Shown piece after piece: positions 34,198-37,310 of a DNA stretch of 37,310 nt. A program made the position numbers and the translations under genes. Origin of the DNA: Macrostomum lignano (Eukaryota); the NCBI GenBank assembly GCA_002269645.1, contig NIVC01004711.1:1-37310 (forward strand), written 5' to 3'. Each line of letters begins with the position of its first letter. Position 1 is the first letter of the stretch. Below the pieces are notes generated by a model. It did no database searches, was not told the origin of the DNA, and was given only the letters and a program-made list of their open reading frames with translations.

Positions 34198-34803
34198 GTA
34201 GATAGATAGATACATTAGATAGATAGATACATTAGATAGATAGATAGATAGATAGGTAGATAGATAGATAGATAGATGATAGATAGATAGATAGATAGAC
34301 AGATAGATTAGATAGACATGCTGATAGATTAGATAGACATTCTGATAGATTAGATAGACATGCTGATAGATTAGATAGACATGCTGATAGATTAGATAGA
34401 CATGCTGATAGATTAGATAGACATGCTGATAGATTAGATAGACATTCTGATAGATTAGATAGACATGCTGATAGATTAGATAGACATGCTGATAGATTAG
34501 ATAGACATTCTGATAGATTAGATAGACATGCTGATAGATTAGATAGACATGCTGATAGATTAGATAGACATTCTGATAGATTAGATAGACATGCTGATAG
34601 ATATGCATATAAAACACCCGAATTCTTTCAGATACGTGTGGAGCGGCCTGGTAGTGGTGCTGGGCATCTACTTGAATCTGTACTCAAAGAACAAGACTCG
34701 ATGGGACGCCGCAATGCTAGACTATTATCAGAGACTGTTGCACAGAGTTAAAGGCCGCAGAGTATTCTCCTTGCAATCCTATCGCAAAGAGAGCATTGTG
34801 TGA
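27400..34803 (+). CDS. SLC35B3: PAPS transporter 2, 447 aa; exons 27400-27935, 28459-28721, 32409-32506, 32588-32680, 33332-33443, 33527-33596, 34632-34803
   Basis: Motifs GVFIFYCLYGYVIELIF, SNTALGYLSYPTQVIMKCCKLVP, SLALCADGAIGNVQE, TTCRKAVTIVLSF..KPFTVQYVWSGLVVVLGIYLNLYSK match SLC35B3. All six introns are GT-AG with compatible phases, giving a total CDS of 1344 nt. Confidence 0.96.
27965..28225. repeat. 16-bp minisatellite (AGCTTGTGAGGTTTCC)n in SLC35B3 intron 1
   Basis: Imperfect tandem unit visible. Confidence 0.9.
28758..29333. repeat. 26-bp homogeneous minisatellite (GTGCCTTAGTTAATCCCCATCTGAAA)n in SLC35B3 intron 2
   Basis: About 22 copies that are essentially identical, with one variant and no spacers. 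Confidence 0.98.
29850..31064 (+). CDS. Unidentified 258-aa helical protein nested in SLC35B3 intron 2 on the same strand; exons 29850-30293 and 30732-31064
   Basis: Both exons are GC-rich with coding-like codons. CAG|GTGAGT (30294) and TTCAATACAG| (30731) join them in phase 0 into a stop-free 777-nt CDS. No family was recognised. Confidence 0.8.
30353..30612. repeat. 30-bp minisatellite (CTACCCCTGAACTACCGGAGTTCCTGAAAT)n in the nested gene's intron
   Basis: About 8-9 tandem copies. Confidence 0.94.
31440..32175. repeat. 29-31-bp pyrimidine-rich minisatellite (TCACCTCTCTCCCCTTCTCTACTCTCCTCTG)n
   Basis: Tandem unit visible in the distal part of SLC35B3 intron 2. Confidence 0.95.
32715..33225. 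repeat. 20/21-bp alternating minisatellite (ATCCCGATACCCCATCTGGC / ATCCCGATACCGCATCTTCAA) in SLC35B3 intron 4
   Basis: Two unit types are visible, often alternating as a 41-bp higher-order unit. Confidence 0.95.
33643..33907. mobile_element. Unclassified 265-bp insertion flanked by a 41-bp direct repeat at the edge of a GATA microsatellite
   Basis: TAGCTGAAGTATGTTATTTTGCAAG(ATAG)4 occurs at 33602-33642 and again from 33908. The interior is CpG-rich and contains GAGCGAGCGAAGCGAGC. Confidence 0.6.
33930..34602. repeat. (GATA)n microsatellite grading into a 21-bp minisatellite (TAGATAGACATGCTGATAGAT)n
   Basis: GATA run to about 34305, then about 14 copies of the 21-mer. Confidence 0.97.
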
Positions 34804-35763
34804 CAGTATAGTCAATATCTTGGGTAGCAATTTTATGGATTAATTTTTTTAGATCACCTCACAATTGAACAGGTTTTAGCTGAGAGTAGTGAAATTTGTT
34901 TTCTTCATTAGGAGCGTATTATACCTGAAGGGACCAAAATATAATTTGACAATATTCCTTGATTGATCTCGAATTTCGCGCGATATTTCTTATTACTGTA
35001 CTAAAAGTAGCGTTCTACTTCTATAATATGCAAATAGCTTTGCATTCACATTGTTTTAATTCTTTGCAAGACAATTGGATCTGTTTGATTGTTAAATGAA
35101 TTGCTTGTAGAGCTAGCTAATGGCCACGAGCCAAGGCGAGAGAGGAACGGAAGAGGAAAGAGATGAGATATGGGAAATGGGATGAGAGCAAAGAAGAGAA
35201 CGGAGAGGAGAGAGAGAAGGGAGGTAAGAGAGCTGAGAAAAGATACAAACCTTGAGCGGACCGGATTGCTATTGTAAAGTTTCAAAGGCCGACCCTTGGT
35301 CCATATGTGTATATTTATTTATAGTTGATTGTATCGCCTGATAGAGCTACTAACCTTTGTGCCTATGCAAGAAGTAAACTGAATCTTTGCATGACTCTTC
35401 ATTTTTTCAAATTGTTGGTAATATTGTTCCATGTCCATAACTGCTACTGTTAAATTGTTGTTAATGCTATTATTATTTTTTGCTTTTAAATAAAATCATT
35501 TTTATGAGAGTAAATTTTTGCTGTTTTTCCGGTTGTTGCACTAAATTCGGTTCTGGATTTTCATTTGTTCCGAGCTGCTGTCTATGGCCAAACCCGGCTA
35601 ATCTGACGCTCTGTCTCAAACGTAGTCAAGAACATGAATTAAATACTATTTTAGACTATTAAAAAATCTTCAACACGCTACTTACTAAGTAGAGTTCTGC
35701 GAAAATACGCTTATTTTACGTTATCATAAAAAATTGAAAAATACATGCATGCACTCATTGCCA

Positions 35764-37310
35764 ATGCTGATCGCGCTGCGCTCGCCCAAGGGCACCCAAC
35801 GATTGGAGGTCGGCGACACGGAGAAGTTGGCCTCCTTGTACAGTCGCGCCGCCAAGACGCTTGGCCTACCGGAGTCTTCGTTTCAATTGAACCGGCGCCA
35901 GGCCAACGGTAAACAGCAGGCTCTGCCGCGTAGCCGCACTCAGTCCGTTGCCAGCGTTGGCCTTAAACACGGCGATTCTCTGTTTGTCAGGCAGAACGAT
36001 TCCGCTGGTGAGCCGTCCTCTATTGCGACAGCTTGGCTGAGTCGTCCATTGGTGGAGCTTCCGTTGCCGCCAGCGTAGTCTCAGCTAAGGCTGGCTCAGC
36101 CTCCACCACGCCTGACGATCCTCTAGATGTTGAATTAGACCGCGAGGACGGTCGAATTATTCGAAAACGCGATCCGAAAATGTGCCGACATTCTGACGGA
36201 GCCGGCTGCCTGCACTGCGCCCCTTTGGAGCCGTACGACAGTGAATATTTGGCTAGTCTGGATCCGCCTGTCAAATATCTGCCGTTTCACGCTTTTCTGC
36301 GCAAGATTCAGGTAGCCAACGCTTTTGTGTGCTTCGGTTCGAATAGTGTCTAGTTGTGTGCACTTCTGGTTCGAATAATGTCTAGTTGTGTGCACTTCTG
36401 GTTCGAATAGTGTCTGTATTTTGTGTACACTTCCGGTTCTAATAGTGTCTAGTTGTGTGCACTTCTGGTTCGAATAGTGTCTGTATTTTGTGTACACTTC
36501 CGTTTTTAATAGTGTCTAGTTGTGTGCACTTCCGGTTCTAAAAGTGTCTAGTTGTGTGCACTTCCGGTTCTAATAGTGTCTAGTTGTGTGCACTTCCGGT
36601 TCTAAAAGTGTCTAGTTGTGTGCACTTCCGGTTCTAAAAGTGTCTAGTTGTGTGCACTTCCGGTTCTAAAAGTGTCTAGTTGTGTGCACTTCCGGTTCTA
36701 AAAGTGTCTAGTTGTGTGCACTTCCGGTTCTAAAAGTGTCTAGTTGTGTGCACTTCCGGTTCTAAAAGTGTCTAGTTGTGTGCACTTCCGGTTCTAAAAG
36801 TGTCTAGTTGTGTGCACTTCCGGTTCTAAAAGTGTCTAGTTGTGTGCACTTCCGGTTCTAATGGTTTCTGCAATTATGTGCACTTCCGGTTCTAATGGTT
36901 TCTGCAATTATGTGCACTTCCGGTTCGAATAGTGTCTAGTTGTGTGCCCTTCCGGTTCGAATACTGTCTAATTGTGTGCACTTCCGGTTCTAATAGTTTT
37001 TGCAATTATGTGCACTTCTGGTTCGAATAGTGTCTGCATTTTGTGTGCATTTTAATTCGAATAGTGCCTGTACTTGTGTGTACTTCCGATTCAAATAGTG
37101 CCTGTACATGTGGTACTTCCGGTTCTAATATGTGTCTAGTTGTGTGTACGAGCTTTTTTCGGTTCGAATAGTGCCTGCAATTATGTGCACTTCCAGTTCG
37201 AATAGTATCTGCATCTGTGTGTGCACTTCCAGCTACTATCAGTAGTAAATAACAAACGGCGCCTCTAACAACCCAGGCTGAAAAGTACAGCGGCGCCTTG
37301 GCCAATGTGA
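35764..37310 (+). CDS. NPLOC4: Nuclear protein localization protein 4 (p97/Ufd1 cofactor), 5' part; segments 35764-36007, about 36079/36085-36311, 37277-window end
   Basis: A UBX-like N-terminus (LRSPKGTQRL..LKHGDSLF) is followed by zf-NPL4 (DGRIIRKRDPKMCRH..CLHCAPLEPYDSEYL..PVKYLPFHAFLRK), then CAG|GTAGCC at 36312 and CCCAG|AEKYSGALANV at 37277. A frame change near 36008-36084 needs a short intron or an indel. Confidence 0.93.
36335..37230. repeat. 32-bp minisatellite (TCTAGTTGTGTGCACTTCCGGTTCTAAAAGTG)n in the NPLOC4 intron
   Basis: The core is homogeneous at 36530-36860 and both ends are degenerate. Confidence 0.96.

Noticed and set aside
36008-36031. 24-nt GT-AG intron in NPLOC4
   Set aside because: It is a multiple of three, so it does not fix the frame, and it is far shorter than the other introns here.

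Overview
This is metazoan genomic DNA, not prokaryotic. GC-rich exons, AT-rich spacers and minisatellite-filled introns resemble a free-living flatworm such as Macrostomum; that is an inference from style and is not verified. Seven spliced or compact protein genes could be reconstructed by hand: EEF1AKMT2/METTL10 (5' end outside or unresolved), an Ldh_2/YjmC-like oxidoreductase, a minus-strand ALP/Enigma-type PDZ gene with a GC-AG intron, COX6C, SLC35B3/PAPST2 (7 exons), an unidentified 258-aa gene nested on the same strand in SLC35B3 intron 2, and the 5' part of NPLOC4. The region 20.0-25.6 kb is a nested transposon stack: a decayed, intron-containing hAT transposase is interrupted by two TSD-flanked MITEs and abutted by a 5'-truncated Penelope-like element with an inverted pLTR copy and a minimal hammerhead ribozyme. 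A CORE-type tRNA SINE and a possible Crypton relic are also present. About 19 tandem arrays occur, almost one private array per long intron. Old TE blocks are strikingly CpG-void and CTAG-rich. No CRISPR array, rRNA or true tRNA gene was found. All counts are manual reads, and array boundaries are approximate.
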